Assembly: GCF_006345805.1 (NCBI RefSeq)
Contig: NC_043001.1
Coordinates: 95,046,001 to 95,110,000 of the forward strand
Source of the DNA: Octopus sinensis
Taxonomy: Eukaryota
DNA length: 64,000 bases
Direction of reading: 5' to 3'
The notes below the pieces were generated by a model, which was not told the DNA's origin, ran no database searches, and was given only the letters and a program-made list of their open reading frames with translations. Positions 49,247 to 63,999 of this stretch are shown here, one piece after another (the first letter of the stretch is position 1; each line of letters opens with the position of its first letter). Made by a program: the position numbers and the translations under genes.

Positions 49247-50529
49247 CACACACACACGCACACACACACACACACACATATTTATATATGCATATATTTT
49301 GTAAGCGAATTGTATGATGGTACGCTTAATAGAGCTGAATATAGAATTAAACTAATAGACTAATTGAAAACGTACATATTACGTGCATTACATGAATAGA
49401 CTGGAGACTGGAGTCTATGGTGGAATCAACTCAAGAACGAAAATGTAATCATATATCGTGTAAGATGTTTTATATTACCATAATCTATTACTTACAAGGT
49501 TAAATAAATGTTCAGAAAATTAATAATATATTCCAAAATAAAAGAAAACGAAGAAAAGAAGGTATCCAATTATATTGGATTGGCGGTCTTTTCCCTAGAC
49601 TGAGACAATTACTGACAATCAAAAATGGCAATTAACAACCAAGTGCTAAATTAATAATTTGTACAGTTAATGGTAGCTAAAACAATATTCAGAGCACAAA
49701 TAATAAAGCCAAAACAATGTGCATTCTCTTCATTTGCACAACAAGTAATATTCAGAGAGCTGGTTGAATATAGCTTCGTAAACCGAAAGCATGAATATTC
49801 TTGAAGAGGCAGTATTCACTAAACGCCGATTTGCATTTCGAAGATTCTTGGAAAGCCGGTTCACATATTCTAGATGTCCATTGAGTTTATGATGTAACTC
49901 AAGCATTAACGAGATAGCCAGGAAATTAATGACCCTCTGTCAGAAAATATTGATAGGCCAAGATTATAAATACATCTGGAACACTGCTTCCTTGTAACGC
50001 ACGTAATTAACTTTACTGCATTTACACCTCAGAGAGCATAGCTTCTAAATACACCAACTACTATACTCAGCAGTTCAACCTTAATATAGTTCAATATCTA
50101 TATTTCTCGTATATAAACTCTCCCGACTCCCCCCCCCCCATATTTTCGAACCGAAATAAGGGATTTGCAGCGGTCAGGATACTTGATTCCATGCAAAAAA
50201 TCATTTTTATTTTCCTAAGTGAAATTCGTGCGGGTGTTAATATAGAAATTGACCGTAATGTCATTTTTTAGCCTCAAATCAATCCTGATACTGCAAACGT
50301 ATCAAAGAGATTTCAGCCTTCAGCAAACCGGTATTTTTAGTCTGTCAAGTGACAAGGTAGAGGCTCTTTCATTGGTTCGATTGATGAGATTTTTTTACTC
50401 ATATATGTAGAAATATGTATATATATCATCGGCAGATATTAGCTGAGAATTTTGTGTATTGGCAATTATAAAACCCGCATTTGTCCATTGTCACTCTGTA
50501 ACTTCTGACGAAATAACGTCTAAAATACA

Positions 50530-50920
50530 AAAGTTTGTCCAAAACATTAAGAGTAAGCCCTGTTCTGTGTGACACATTTTACCAGTATCGGTAGTTTGTA
50601 AGAGTTTAGTTTAAACAATTAATTCAATAATCTGTACGTCTAATTCAAAAGATCCGAAGTGAATGAAAGGCAAAGTCCACCGCGAAGGACCTTGAACTCC
50701 GAACGTAAAGACAGGCGAAATACCGCTTCTAAAAGACGAATTTTGTTCAAAAACATTAAGCGTAGACTCTTTTCTGTGTGACACATTCAACCAGCAACGG
50801 AACTATGAAAGTATTTAGTTAAAAATATTAATGACATAATATGTACGTGAAAGTCGACCACAGCGCAATTTCAACTTAAAAACGTAAAGAGATACGATAT
50901 ACTGTTAAGAATTTATCTAT
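50530..50920. repeat. Diverged tandem duplication (~210-bp units), each ending in an S4 fragment
   Basis: TTTGT..AAAACATTAAG.GTA...TTCTGTGTGACACATT..ACCAG occurs at ~50535 and ~50742. Confidence 0.7.
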
Positions 50921-51590
50921 CATTTAAGCTTAAGCAAGGTATACTTTCAATTCAAAATTAAAAAGTTTATGTTAATTGAAGATGAATAGGAGCCTTAGTG
51001 CCCCACCCCTTGAGGTTGCAGATATTTGGATGTAACTTTTTTCTATTGAACCACATCCCAAACTATATATGGGAAAGTGTAGTTGAGGAGATATCCTCTT
51101 TAAAAGTTTTAACAATTTGCAATTTACTTGAGAACTGTTAGTGGTGAAGCTTGGAAGCTGCTGCGATTGACGGAATGGTGGACTTAGGAATATATTCAAC
51201 AACTACGGTGGTTAAAATTATATATATATATATATTGGAAGGTTTGGAGATTACGTACAGGCATTTTATATTAGAAGAAATGAGGTACTCAGAAATTCGG
51301 ATGGTTTTATAGTTACAGATATTTATTTGCATGTTACATGATCTTATACATCATATACTATATATATAAAGATAGATTGATAGATATATAGATACAGAGA
51401 GAAAGGGAGAGGGGAGAGGAAGGGACAGAGAGAGATTGGAGGGAGCTGTTTCCTCACAAAGATACAAATCATCCTCGGTGTAATGTAGATATCGTAAACT
51501 TAGATTTCAAACCTTCACAAAATATGATACGCATATATTATGTATGTATGTATGTATGTATGTCTGTATGTATGTATGTATGTATGTATG

Positions 51591-51624
<34 letters not shown>

Positions 51625-52420
51625 TGTATGTATGTATGTATAATGTATGTATTCATGTGTGTATGTATATATGTATGTATAGATTTATGATCTCTGTTAT
51701 AAAGCAAAAGTTTTCAACATTTCGAAAATACTTATCCAAATACTAATTGCATTTTTCATACTAGTATCCTCATAGTTTATCTAATACGACAATATTCAGT
51801 TTTAAATGATTAGTTTAATACAAGTATTGCATGCTATCGAATATTTTTTGAAGTAACGATGAAAGTGTAAATGTAATTTCTAAAGCTATATTTCGTAAAA
51901 TCTTATCGATTTATCATTATTGAAAATGTGATGCGTTTTACGATTAAATTTAATGATATAATGGAATGCTTAATGGGATATTATGAAGATGATAGCTCTA
52001 TTGGTAAGACAAATGTTAGCGGGGAGTTATAAGGAAAGCCGGTACGAATATTTAACATTTTCAGTATTATATAATTGGTTATCGAACTTTAAATTACACT
52101 ACGCATCTCTTTAATCCCAGCAGAATGTTATAATTCACAATATGTAATGAGGAATCACAATGAAAACTTAATGTACATTAAAACAGGTTTTCATATGAAA
52201 TTCAATAGGAAAATATCTTAATCATTCACACATACTTGTTACATTTACTGCATAATACAAACACGCATAAAATATTATGCGATATTACCACATACATGCG
52301 CCCGGACCCTCGCATATTGGTATAACTTATCGAGTAGAGAATAGTCAAATCAAAGAGGGAAGTACATGTTATTGTAATCGCCAACAGTCCAAGTTACAGC
52401 AGTATCTATAGCGCTAGTAA

Positions 52421-52850
52421 AGCGGCTTCCTGGCAGAAACGTTAGCACGCTGGGTGAAATTCTTCGCGGAATTTCGTTTGCCGTTATGTTCTGAGTTCAA
52501 ATTCTCCCGAGGTCGACCTTGCCTTTCATCCATTCGGAGTCGATAAATTAAGTACCAGTTACGCACTGGGGTCGATATAATCGACTTAATCCTTTTGTCT
52601 GTCCTTGTTTCTCCCCTCTGTGTTTAGCCCTTTGTAGGCAATAAAGAAACAAGAAACGTTACCACGCCGGGTGAAATGCTTAGCGGGATTTCGTCTGCCG
52701 TTTCGTTCTGAGTTCAAATTCCGCCGAGGTCGACTTGGTCTTTCATCCTTTCGGGATCGATATATCAAATACCCGTTGCGTACTGGGGTCGATCTAATCG
52801 ATTTGCCCCCTCCACCATAATTTCAGTGCCTGTGCCTAGAGTAGAAAAAC
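52421..52850 (+). mobile_element. S4 SINE-like repeat, well-preserved two-unit form
   Basis: Two successive GAAACGTTA.CACG..GGGTGAAAT...TTCTGAGTTCAAATT...GAGGTCGAC...GGGGTCGAT units separated by a CT-rich linker. Confidence 0.85.
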
Positions 52851-53628
52851 TATCATTTCATTCATAACCGTTGTTTCAGCGGTAACGTATTACATTGTAA
52901 TGACAGAAAACGACCTCGAGAATCGTCACCATCGAGAATCACTATTCCTCTACCATAAGAAAGTTAAGACCAACATCAGAGCATTAACAACTTATAAAGT
53001 GATATCATTATACCATATAGATGGAATTAACGATAATTTTTGCATCACATTCAAGATTGCTGATTACATGAATATTTCTTTCATATGTCTGCATCACGAT
53101 TAATCTGTACTTCGCTACTTGAAATATTTTTTCTCAATTCGGAAGCATGGTTTAACAGAATTATATTGATATTTGTGTTTGTGCTTCGTTGTCTTTTCTG
53201 AACAAATGGATTACATTAGAATAATCGTTTACATACGCCAGTGTTGTTTTATAGCAGATGCAACTTCATTACATGCTATTTATATGAAACGGTAGAGAAT
53301 ATATATTATTTTAGTCTTTTAGAAATTGTGTAACAAATTAACTATTGAAACTTAAAAGTTATCATTCCATTTTGTATACATGACATGAAATTCAGGCAAC
53401 ATTTTTTGTTTGTATGTGTATCATAATGAAAATAAGAAATATTTTATATTGTAAAGTTGTTCTAATCATCTTCGAAAAATATTACATAATTTCATATTCA
53501 CTGTAGATGGAGTACATATTAATAAAAACATATTCACAAAAGTTATTCATTTTAACTGTAACGATTATTTAAGTGGGATGCACTACATACTCTACAAATT
53601 ATCTCCGAAATATAAATGGGGGAATACG

Positions 53629-53782
<154 letters not shown>

Positions 53783-54239
53783 TTTCGGACAAATGCACTC
53801 GCACGGATTTGGATACCTGGTTCTATCTACATTTGGGATATATTTCTGTTAGATCCATTGCAGTAATCCCGCAGGGGTAGTAGAGATAATTATCGATTAA
53901 TGAAACAAAACATGGATTTGGTATTAATCTTTATTCCGTACGAAATGCGTTTCGACCCATTCTGCGGCTATCATTTATGCGTGGGATGACGTGCATCATA
54001 TTGTTTTACATCAATTTTTCAGTCTCGGTAACTTCTGGTACATGCAGACATAAAGTTGTTTCCTGCTGAAAATATAGAGTTCAGGTAATCATGTTGGTAT
54101 TTGCCCTACTCGTTGCAGAGTGGTGTTTTGTAACGACTGTTATTATAACAAAGAATTGTAAAAAACAAACATATAAATTATAGAAAGAAATACTTAGGTA
54201 TGTTTCGACCAAAGATTGATGCAGGCCAATGTCTTACTT

Positions 54240-54730
54240 AATAGAACCACGTGATAGGATTATCTAATTCCTTTTTAAGTCAAGTTTTGTTTATGATCCA
54301 TTCAAGCAGTGAGAAACTGTTTAGTGAGTTGTCTCCAGGTATGCGTTTAGGCAATACTGGCGGTATATTCTCTACATTGTACAAATGATGTACAGCTCGA
54401 GGCGGTGCTAGAGAGAGTAGAGTTTCAAGGCTTTAAGGTGGTCCCAGTAATCGAGATCAGTCCCGCCTTCAATTCAATTTTCGAGATATTTTGTTTTGTA
54501 TGGGGAGACCACTACAAGGGGCAGCAGTATTCGAAGTGTGGCCGTACAAGAGAGGAGAAAAGTGGAAAGATGACACATTATTCTCTGGGCCGGAATGTTC
54601 TTAAGATCCAACGAGCTAAATCGACCATATGGTTGATGTGAGCACTCAAACTGAGATTGTTATCAACAATTACACCTAGGTCTCTGATATTATTACATAA
54701 TATGTGAGAGGTGCCGTGAAGGAGGAGATT
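54240..54730 (-). mobile_element. Degraded CR1-type LINE fragment
   Basis: Minus translation DLGVIVDNNLSLSAHINHMVDLARWILRTFR...FSSLVRPHFEYCCPL...WSPHTKQNI. Confidence 0.8.
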
Positions 54731-54824
54731 TTGGCTGCTTTAGTATAGATTTTCTTCGAAAATTTCTCTCGTTTAGTTGCATTTTGTTTTTCTCTGTCCA
54801 TTCTTTGTCCATATATGTGTGTGT

Positions 54825-55015
54825 GTGTGTGTGTCTGTGTTTGTCACTTGACAAACGATATTAGTGTGCTTGTCTCTCCGTAACCTAGCGGTTCTCTATC
54901 AAGTGGCCGACGGAATAAGTACTAAGCCTACAAAGAGTAAGTCCTGGCGTCGATTAGTTCGGCTAAAGGGCATGCTGCAGCATAGCTATAGTGAAATGAT
55001 TAAAACAAGTAAAAG
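54825..55015 (+). mobile_element. Family S3 repeat following (TG)n
   Basis: CCGTAACCTAGCGG...GAATAAGTACTAAGCCTACAAAGAGTAAGTCCTGGCGTCGAT. Confidence 0.65.
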
Positions 55016-55022
55016 AATAGAG

Positions 55023-55069
<47 letters not shown>

Positions 55070-55169
55070 TTGTAGATGTAAATATACATATACCTGTCAA
55101 ACTATAATTATTTACGTGTGTATGTGTGTGTGTGAATGTGTGTATTTGTTTTCTGCATGTATGTATATA

Positions 55170-55990
55170 GAGGGAGCGGTGAATAAAATGACGTCTAAAA
55201 TAAGCAACATTGAAAATAACTCTGACATCTCATTTTAAAAGCTAAATTTACCAAATTTATATTAAAATATCTGAAAATGCTAAAGATTAGATTTATTTCA
55301 TAAAATCGCCGTTGGCTTCAACCACGACCTCGAGACGACTACAGCTTTTCTGTAGTCTCCTTGTTTCATTTGGTGACTGCTGCCATAATCCTTGCGTTTA
55401 GTTCGTCTTTGGTGTTAGAAGGATTATGTGTCGGTCTCTCGCTCAACTGCGCTCTACATATAATAGTGAAGGGGTTTGCAGTCTGGGGAGTTATCTGGCC
55501 AGATGTTAGGAGTGATGTGGTTGAATAAATTGTATGACAGCCATGACTGGGTTTCCTGCCTGTTGCCACACGTTATTCCAGCAGATACCCTCTTGATCCA
55601 AGGTAGCACTACCTCCTCCAGGCACCTGATACAGGTCTCCGTGTTGAGTGCTAGGCCTTGAGGGAACATGAATGGAGGCATACGGTCATCATCACTAGAG
55701 GTCTCTCCAAATACCATGATATTGACTGGCTGTTTGATTTTTGTCACGCACGGTACATGACCTCGGATTTCATTGTCTTAAGATTCACGCGCAAACAAAC
55801 TGAAATCTTCGTATTGGAAATTCTGGATCGAATGCAAAGTATTACAGAATGTCGTTTCCAAATTTCTCGCAGAGTGAATTGCACCAAGGGGCTTTCTTGT
55901 TTTCTCACAGACGGTGCTCAACTGACCCTACAATTCGGTATTTTTGACAAAATCAAAAAGCACCATTGCGCATGCACAAAATAAAAATAT
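55170..55990 (-). mobile_element. Tc1/mariner-superfamily transposase relic (maT/DD37D-like catalytic region)
   Basis: PVNIMVFGETSSDDDRMPPFMFPQGLALNTETCIRCLEEVVLPWI...TQSWLS...IWPDNSPDCKPLHY. Confidence 0.8.
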
Positions 55991-56331
55991 GCATGCCGAC
56001 AATTTACCCATTGCAAACTGTATGTATATGTGTATAAACTTCGCTAGGTGTATCAATGAATTAATAGGTGTTACACTCACCCATCCATACACAAATAAAC
56101 ATCTTCATCAACTGAATTACATTTTATATTTCCCTGTAAGTTCCCTGCGCTGCACTTCATTGTACACTTGTTTGCTTGATGGATTTTCGCTTTCTATTTC
56201 TAGAAATGCAAGCAAGAGTTTTCATAGTGTGAGATCTTAAAGAGATTTTTTTGCTAAAATTGTTTCCTCTTGCGGACAATCAATATGTAATGTACTTCTA
56301 TTGCGTTTAACTATATATAATATATACTTCC

Positions 56332-56364
<33 letters not shown>

Positions 56365-56373
56365 ATATATATA

Positions 56374-56424
<51 letters not shown>

Positions 56425-56473
56425 GACGCGAATACTGATATAATTTTATTTAATTAATGAAAATCTCTAGTAC

Positions 56474-56510
<37 letters not shown>

Positions 56511-58248
56511 TAATGAATGTTTGAAACATGATAATATCTAACCACACTCAACATATTATTACTATCAATATACAAATGTCTAAATATTTTCATTTTTATT
56601 TTATTTCCAAGACGTGAAAAATCGATATAAGCGTTAAATAAAATTAAGTTTAGGCATGTAATTGAGATGTGATACGATATATTGTCAGTTTTATTAGATT
56701 ATATATCACGTAATATTTTATCAATATTCACTCGTGTTCGTCTCGTACATTTTTTTTACCAATTTTACTAGGAAATTCAATGCTAATTGTATTCATTAAT
56801 TTTTAATCTTATGTAAGTATAACAAAAGTAATTATAAAAATATACATCGATTACATATACTGGCACTGATATATGTTGAATATATCAGTTTTAAAAATTT
56901 ATTTGAAATATTTCTGTTGAATTCTTTAATTGCTAAGCTAACAATGTAAGGTACATTCAATATCATGTCTAAATTTTCAGAAATCTTTGAGAAACTATGG
57001 TCATATATAACAAATATATTTTACACACGCATACACACGCGCACACATACATACACACAAACACACACATACACATGTAAGAACTACTAATTTGCAAAAT
57101 ATTTGATTTTGTAAATTGTTCGCAAGATTTAAAATCAGGCTTTTATAAGTTTATCATAAACCAGATGAGAAGTGCCACATATATATAAATAGTCCTGTCA
57201 CCCCCTATAACCAACATCAATGATAAAATATCTAAACTATTGTCTTCAAAAGAAATTATTGATAATGTATATCCTATTATAACTATGCTGTAGCTAAGAC
57301 CGTCTTCAAATAGATCTCATATAACCCTTTAGTTTAAAATTCGAATCCTAAAGATTAACATTGGAAAATCATATGGGTCAGCTTTGTTTCTCATAAAATG
57401 TTAAAACAAACTTCGGCAAGAAATTTCTGCCATTATTGTATAAGCATTTCCCAATAAACCAAATATACAGGAATATCTTTAATAAACGTTCAATAATTAT
57501 TCCCTACAGCTGCTGTCCCAATATGAATGGCGTTATCACTTCTAATGCACAGCAAGGTTTTACTCCCATGAAAGCTGCCGCTTGATCAAGTGTGCTTTTA
57601 ACTGTTGTTGTTATAAAGTGGAAGTTCCAGCGGTACCCCAAGACAACTTAATTATTATGAGTACTAAGTTTACTAGACATGCATGGGATCCAAAAGCAAA
57701 TCAATGACAACGAACTGGTGAGTCATAGACAAATCTACGCCAAATATAAGTGGATCACAGACATGCAAGTTATGCGTAACTAAAATGAAAACATATACGT
57801 TTTAGACCCAATTAGACACTGTTTAATTCCAGATCCTAAATATTTAACAAATGCCAGTATATGGACAGGCTAATTGACGAGTTAGAAGTCACCTCACACT
57901 AGGGATTGTGTAGCTATCACACAATAGACTTTCGCCTTATTTCTATTTCTGTTATATTATTCTGTCCCATCTACTTTAATTATGGCGAACAGTGTTAGAG
58001 AGGAGAAAACTCGTGGTTTTCTCATTCGTTTTTTTGTATCAATCCTCTTCGAAAGATTCTTTCTGTTTTCGCCATGTTTTCTAATACATAACCTCTCAAC
58101 TCAACCTGCGAGATTGCTTTGGGCATGTTTCATAGCATGTCCTATAATTCTTCTAAGTTAATGTATCTTAAATTTTTAAATCACAATATATGTATAATTA
58201 TGTGCAGAACGTTGAAACGAATCACATGACTTGTATAAGGAAAATCAG

Positions 58249-58659
58249 ACAAAGTAGAAGATGCTAAAATAATTTTATCATGAAGTAGATTTTAGTACCG
58301 GTTTCAGTCCTTACGAGTAAAGCATGAAAAACAATTAAAATATGGAAAAATTAAATGAAATATTTATCTAAAAAATATTTCCGTAGAATTCAAATGCAAG
58401 GAACATTTTTCTTTTTTCTGTCTGTCTCTTTCTTTCTGTTTTACACATGAGTAAAAAGAGAGGCAGAGATAGACAGAAAAAAGGAAAATGCCCATGCGTT
58501 TGAAAACTATGGAATTGTTTAAACGAAAACATTTCATTTAATTTTTCCACAATTTATTTGTTTTTCATGCTTCATTCTAAATTGAAAGAGTCTCAAAGTC
58601 TGAAACCGGTACTGAAATGTACTTCATGATAAAATTATTTTAGCAGTTTCCACCTTGTA
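58249..58659. mobile_element. Foldback MITE (~400 bp) with long terminal inverted repeats
   Basis: TGCTAAAATAATTTTATCATGAAGTAGATTTTAGTACCGGTTTCAG (58262-58307) versus its reverse complement ending at 58645 (2 mismatches); imperfect complementarity continues inward. Confidence 0.85.
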
Positions 58660-58666
58660 TTATTTT

Positions 58667-58730
<64 letters not shown>

Positions 58731-58834
58731 CAACATACACATACATACATATATATGCATACACAAAGATACACATATATATTTTAAAATGTATGTATGT
58801 ATATATACATATATATATATACATACATATATAT

Positions 58835-58867
<33 letters not shown>

Positions 58868-60375
58868 GTAAGTATATTCATATGTATATATATATGTGTG
58901 TTTGTGTGTGTGCGTGTGTGTATGTGTATACATATGAATGATTGTATGCATGGTTGTATGAGATTAATGGTTAGATCCATCGGATTATAGCTGGAAATGT
59001 ATGATCAGATTTCATTGGATGGTCATCGTTACATTTCTATGTGTAAAATAGTGTGTAGAATCACCATATTTTTAAGGTATACTGTCTTTTTCATATGATG
59101 ATTCTCTTTCACGTGTCGATGTTAAACTATGTTGTGTCCTATTTCAATTATGCCATTAAATGTATCCTGAAAAGGACTTGCTATATGTTCGAATTGGCAT
59201 AGACTTAGTTGTATTTATTTTAGTCATCTCTATATATAATAGGAAATTGGAAAAAAACATGTTACTATAAAGAAAACTTTTGCCAGGCTGGAATAATAAA
59301 ACAAGAGAGAGTTAATCCCCGTCACCATAAAAATAATCAATGAGTAAATCTCAGCTTGAGAGTAAATTTCCCTTGCAATCCCGATGGAATAAAATTCCGC
59401 TCTACAAAATCAGAAATCTGATCAGGTTATACTTTGAATTTATGTTTTCCCTCATACATAAATAATACGATTTGGAAGCAATGTTAAGTGTTTTCACGTG
59501 ATATTTCAAGAATGAAAGATCGAATGAGAACTTATGTAGCTACAATCGAATTTGGAACGGATAATCCATTATACATTGCCGTTTGTCCATTCTGTAATAG
59601 CGAAGTCATAAGCGTATTACATACGTAATATATATATAAATACGTTAATCATATATTCGTGTCAGAAATATTTATAATCTGCAGGGAGTCCCTACCTTAA
59701 AATGTACTGCACATTATATAGTAAAATTTCAAAGACCTATAAAAGAAATGCAAGATTATATAAAATGGAAGATATAAAGTTGTAAATAAAGTTTATTATT
59801 TTTCATTACACTGCAGATAATGCCATGATAAAACAGATGTTTTAGAACAGCGAAAACAATTTGTGTAATTTTGTTCCGCCATCGTCAACTTTGGCATACA
59901 TCAATTCGTCCTCGATGAAAGTCACTTCGTCTTATTTATCAATTAGAGACCATTATTAGCCTTGAATTTTCTTTGCTGGCCAGGATACAATCTACATTGG
60001 TTCATAACTTAAAGTGATGTGAGTGTAATTCAATTGCATTATATTCGGAATGAATTAGAATTACCACAAACACACACATACATATATAAATACACACACA
60101 AATGTGTGTTTGTGTGTGTGTATGTGTATGTATATTTGTGCTTAATGTGTATGAAATAGAATCTGTAGCTAAAATATCAAGAGGATGTTTAAAATTTGGT
60201 TCTGGATAATTAAGATCAATATCAATATCTATACATTTATTTAGATGATTCCTTATATCATCACAGTGTCCCAGAGTGTACGAAACGTTAATAATCCAGT
60301 ATATTTCATCTCACTAAATATCCTTCAATTATTGGCTGAAATTGATTTTGTGTCTGTTATTAGCAACCAGACGTG

Positions 60376-60430
<55 letters not shown>

Positions 60431-62284
60431 TGGTTACTAATAATCAATTTCATATATATATATATATAGAATACTAATGGAGAAACACAATATGGACAGT
60501 GGTTTTTGTCTACTGTCTAGGATGAAATGTCCCATTTATAAAACAATTTATACGGATTAGTCTTTGTTTCACCTATCGTATCAACAATATCACTTTGATA
60601 TAATACTGTTTAGTCATTGACAAATTTCAAATGTAATTTCCTATTCATTCTGACTATGGTTGTGTTTTTATAAATATATATATTTTTTTTTTGCTATATG
60701 TCGACATTATCGAAAAGGAAATTATTGGGTGCATCGAAGAAAGAAATATATTATTGATATGAATCACTAGGCCAGCAAGAGTTATATGAATATTTTAATA
60801 ACCGATTTAGTTATTTTTTCGTTCTCGAGTTATATGATGGAACATGGTAAATTCCAATCTATTATGGCATTATAATCGAGTTCCTTTAATCAAAGAGAAA
60901 CTATTTTCAATTGGGTCTTTTATTAATCTGTACATTAATAGTCATTACTCAATATTGCATGAAATAAAATTATAATTTATACTGCTGCTTAGAATCAATT
61001 CATCGAATAATCGAAAGGTCAGGAGACGTAGTATTTAATTATATATATTCAAAAATATTTTCAATCATCGATTCCAAAATTAAGACGTTCTGTTCAAATG
61101 TTCTGTTGTATTATCAAAATTAGAGAACAACATTTTTTAAAAAGCTAGTCAAGTGCTAGTCTTGGAGAATGCTCTACGAAAAATTCTACATGAGCCTTAA
61201 ACTATTGGAAAATGTATTTCGATTAGGCAATACGGGACATAAAATATTGCCTAAAAATAGCACAGTGCCTAAATGACATTATTTTTTGTTAACGCAATGG
61301 TAGTTTCTTTGCATTATATTTAACATTGCTTAAATAAAAATTATTACAATTTCTTTTCCCCTATAAGATGCCAGACAACCGTTCTAGTCAGTATTCGAAA
61401 ACTAAGGCAAAAGCAGTGACATACAATAGAAGCGAAACATCTTCAAATTTATATCCTGACATCTAAAAACAATACACCGGAATATTTCAGATTTGGGGCA
61501 CGGCCGCTTACTCAGTAATGTTAATTTCTTAGGAGTAATACGCAGGTTGTTCAAACTTCCTCGGTCGAGTTTTCATTGTTTTCATAAATATATATTTATT
61601 CTTGCATTAACTATGTTTGTCAGACATCCCCTTTAGATTTAATCTAAGGATGTAGCTATTTTTGGCATTTTCCATATGTAAATTTTGTTTTCATATACAA
61701 ATTTTATTCATTAAAGATTCTACTGTGGAAATAAATAGTTACATCAGCACAAATATAATAATGATTATGTTAATAAAGCTTGGTATATATCTATTTTTGG
61801 AATATAAGCTCAGCTAGTCGAGAAAAGAAAATATTTGTCATGTTCAAGAACACAATATAGGTAAGTATGTGTGTATTTCTGCATTAATTCACTCATGGAT
61901 GCATGTATGTATGTATGTATGTATGTATGTATGTATGTATGTATGTATGTATGTATGTATGTATATATATATATGGTAGAAATAGGTTACGAAAAGAAAA
62001 TATAAAATACACGTGGAAATGTAAGGGTAACATATGAAAAATCAACGAAAATGCACATTGCAAATAAAAAAAGGCTACTTATGACAGGTTAAGACAAATA
62101 TATACATTCAGATTGACTGAGGTAGTAATACGAGTCATAAAAGTCATTATTACGAGATGATTATAAGATGATAATAAAGTAAGAGAACAAAACGGACCAT
62201 GGTTTACGCTAAGCTACTCCTCGTTTGAACAACACCGGTTAATATATATATATATATATGTGTGTGTATACATATATGTCTCTC

Positions 62285-62352
<68 letters not shown>

Positions 62353-62584
62353 ATATATGTGTGTGAGCGTATTATTAAGGAGAATGTCAAACATGTTCAG
62401 CAATTTATCTATACAAAAATTCTGTCATAGATCAATGCACATCTGTCTTTAAAATATACGAATGAATCAATCGTTAAAATATTAAAACGTATTAATAATT
62501 CATGAATATACAAATATATAAAAAATCTAATATATAAATATGTGCGTATGCGTACGTGCGTGTGTGTGTGTGTGTGTAGGTGTG

Positions 62585-62835
62585 GAGGTGCGTTGCTTAT
62601 TGGTTAGAGTGTCAACATCATGATCGTAATATTGTGGTTTCGATTCCTGAACCGGGCGACGCGTTGTGTTCTTCAGCAAAACACTTCAGTACACGTTGTT
62701 CCAATCCACTCACTTGGCAAAAAATGAGTAAACCTGCGATGGATTGGCGTCCCATCCAGCTGTGGAACACATACGCCGTAGAAACCAGGAAACCATGCCC
62801 ATGAGCCTGGCTAGGCTTCAAAAGGGCGCATTTAG
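62585..62835 (+). mobile_element. tRNA-derived SINE (family S5) with CORE/V-domain-like central segments
   Basis: tRNA-like head (TTGGTTAGAG...GTTTCGATTCC), then TGTGTTCTTCAGCAAAACACTT and CCTGCGATGGATTGGCGTCCCATCCAG. Located between (TG)n and (TA)n. Confidence 0.7.
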
Positions 62836-62837
62836 TT

Positions 62838-62877
<40 letters not shown>

Positions 62878-62879
<2 letters not shown>

Positions 62880-63118
62880 AAATATTAGGGAATAAATCCA
62901 AATTTACAGGGAAAAAAAGTCAGATTTAGGATTAAATCCAATTTTATAGTAAAATATTATATAATATTATTAGAGACAAAACCACTATTTTGCAAAACAA
63001 ACAAGGAAAGACTTGATCAATACATAAAATTTTAATAAAAATTGACTTTTTATTAAAATTTTATGTATTGATTAAGTCTTTCCTTGTTTGTTTTGCAAAA
63101 TAGTGGTTTTGTCTCTAA

Positions 63119-63127
<9 letters not shown>
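62878..63127. mobile_element. Second family C foldback, without the hammerhead-bearing centre
   Basis: Same leader (AATATTAGGGAATAAATCCAA...) and arm sequence as 45192-45566. Arms ~62959-63041 and 63047-63127, centre TTGAC. Confidence 0.9.
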
Positions 63128-63159
<32 letters not shown>

Positions 63160-63288
63160 ACATACATACATATATACATGCATACATATAGATATAGGTA
63201 GATAGAGCCCTTGTAATCCGTTACAGCAAGCACTTACATAGCGTACCAAGTCGTTTAGATCACTTGTGAAGTAAACTACCTTACTTTG

Positions 63289-63413
<125 letters not shown>

Positions 63414-63939
63414 GTATGTATATGTATATACGCGCATGCATATATAAGTATATATGTATTATATGTGTGTGTATATAAATATACTTCCACATACGCATAT
63501 GTATATATATATAAATATATATTCAAAGAGAGAGAGAGAGAGAGCAAAGTTTAATCATACACGTTCATATGCATATGTGCTTGTGCGTTTGTATGTTACT
63601 GTAAATTACATCACCATCTGGTAATCGTGATTTATATTGTTTTCGCAACATGAGACTGTCTTAAATATTGCTATAATAATAAGTTAGGACACATTAGATG
63701 AGAAATGTAGACGCCATTTTCTAGGTATACCGCGAATTTATCTAAGTTTATGCTCCAAATAGTTAGATGAATCGAACAATTTCTCTCTCTAATGACAGCA
63801 ATAATTTTTAAAATGTCTGACGGATTATAATCAATTTTATCAGTCTTCAATTATACGCAGATAAATACATATATGTATGCATATGTATGTATATGAATAT
63901 ATATGTATGTATATGTATATATATATATGTGTATGTATT

Positions 63940-63999
<60 letters not shown>

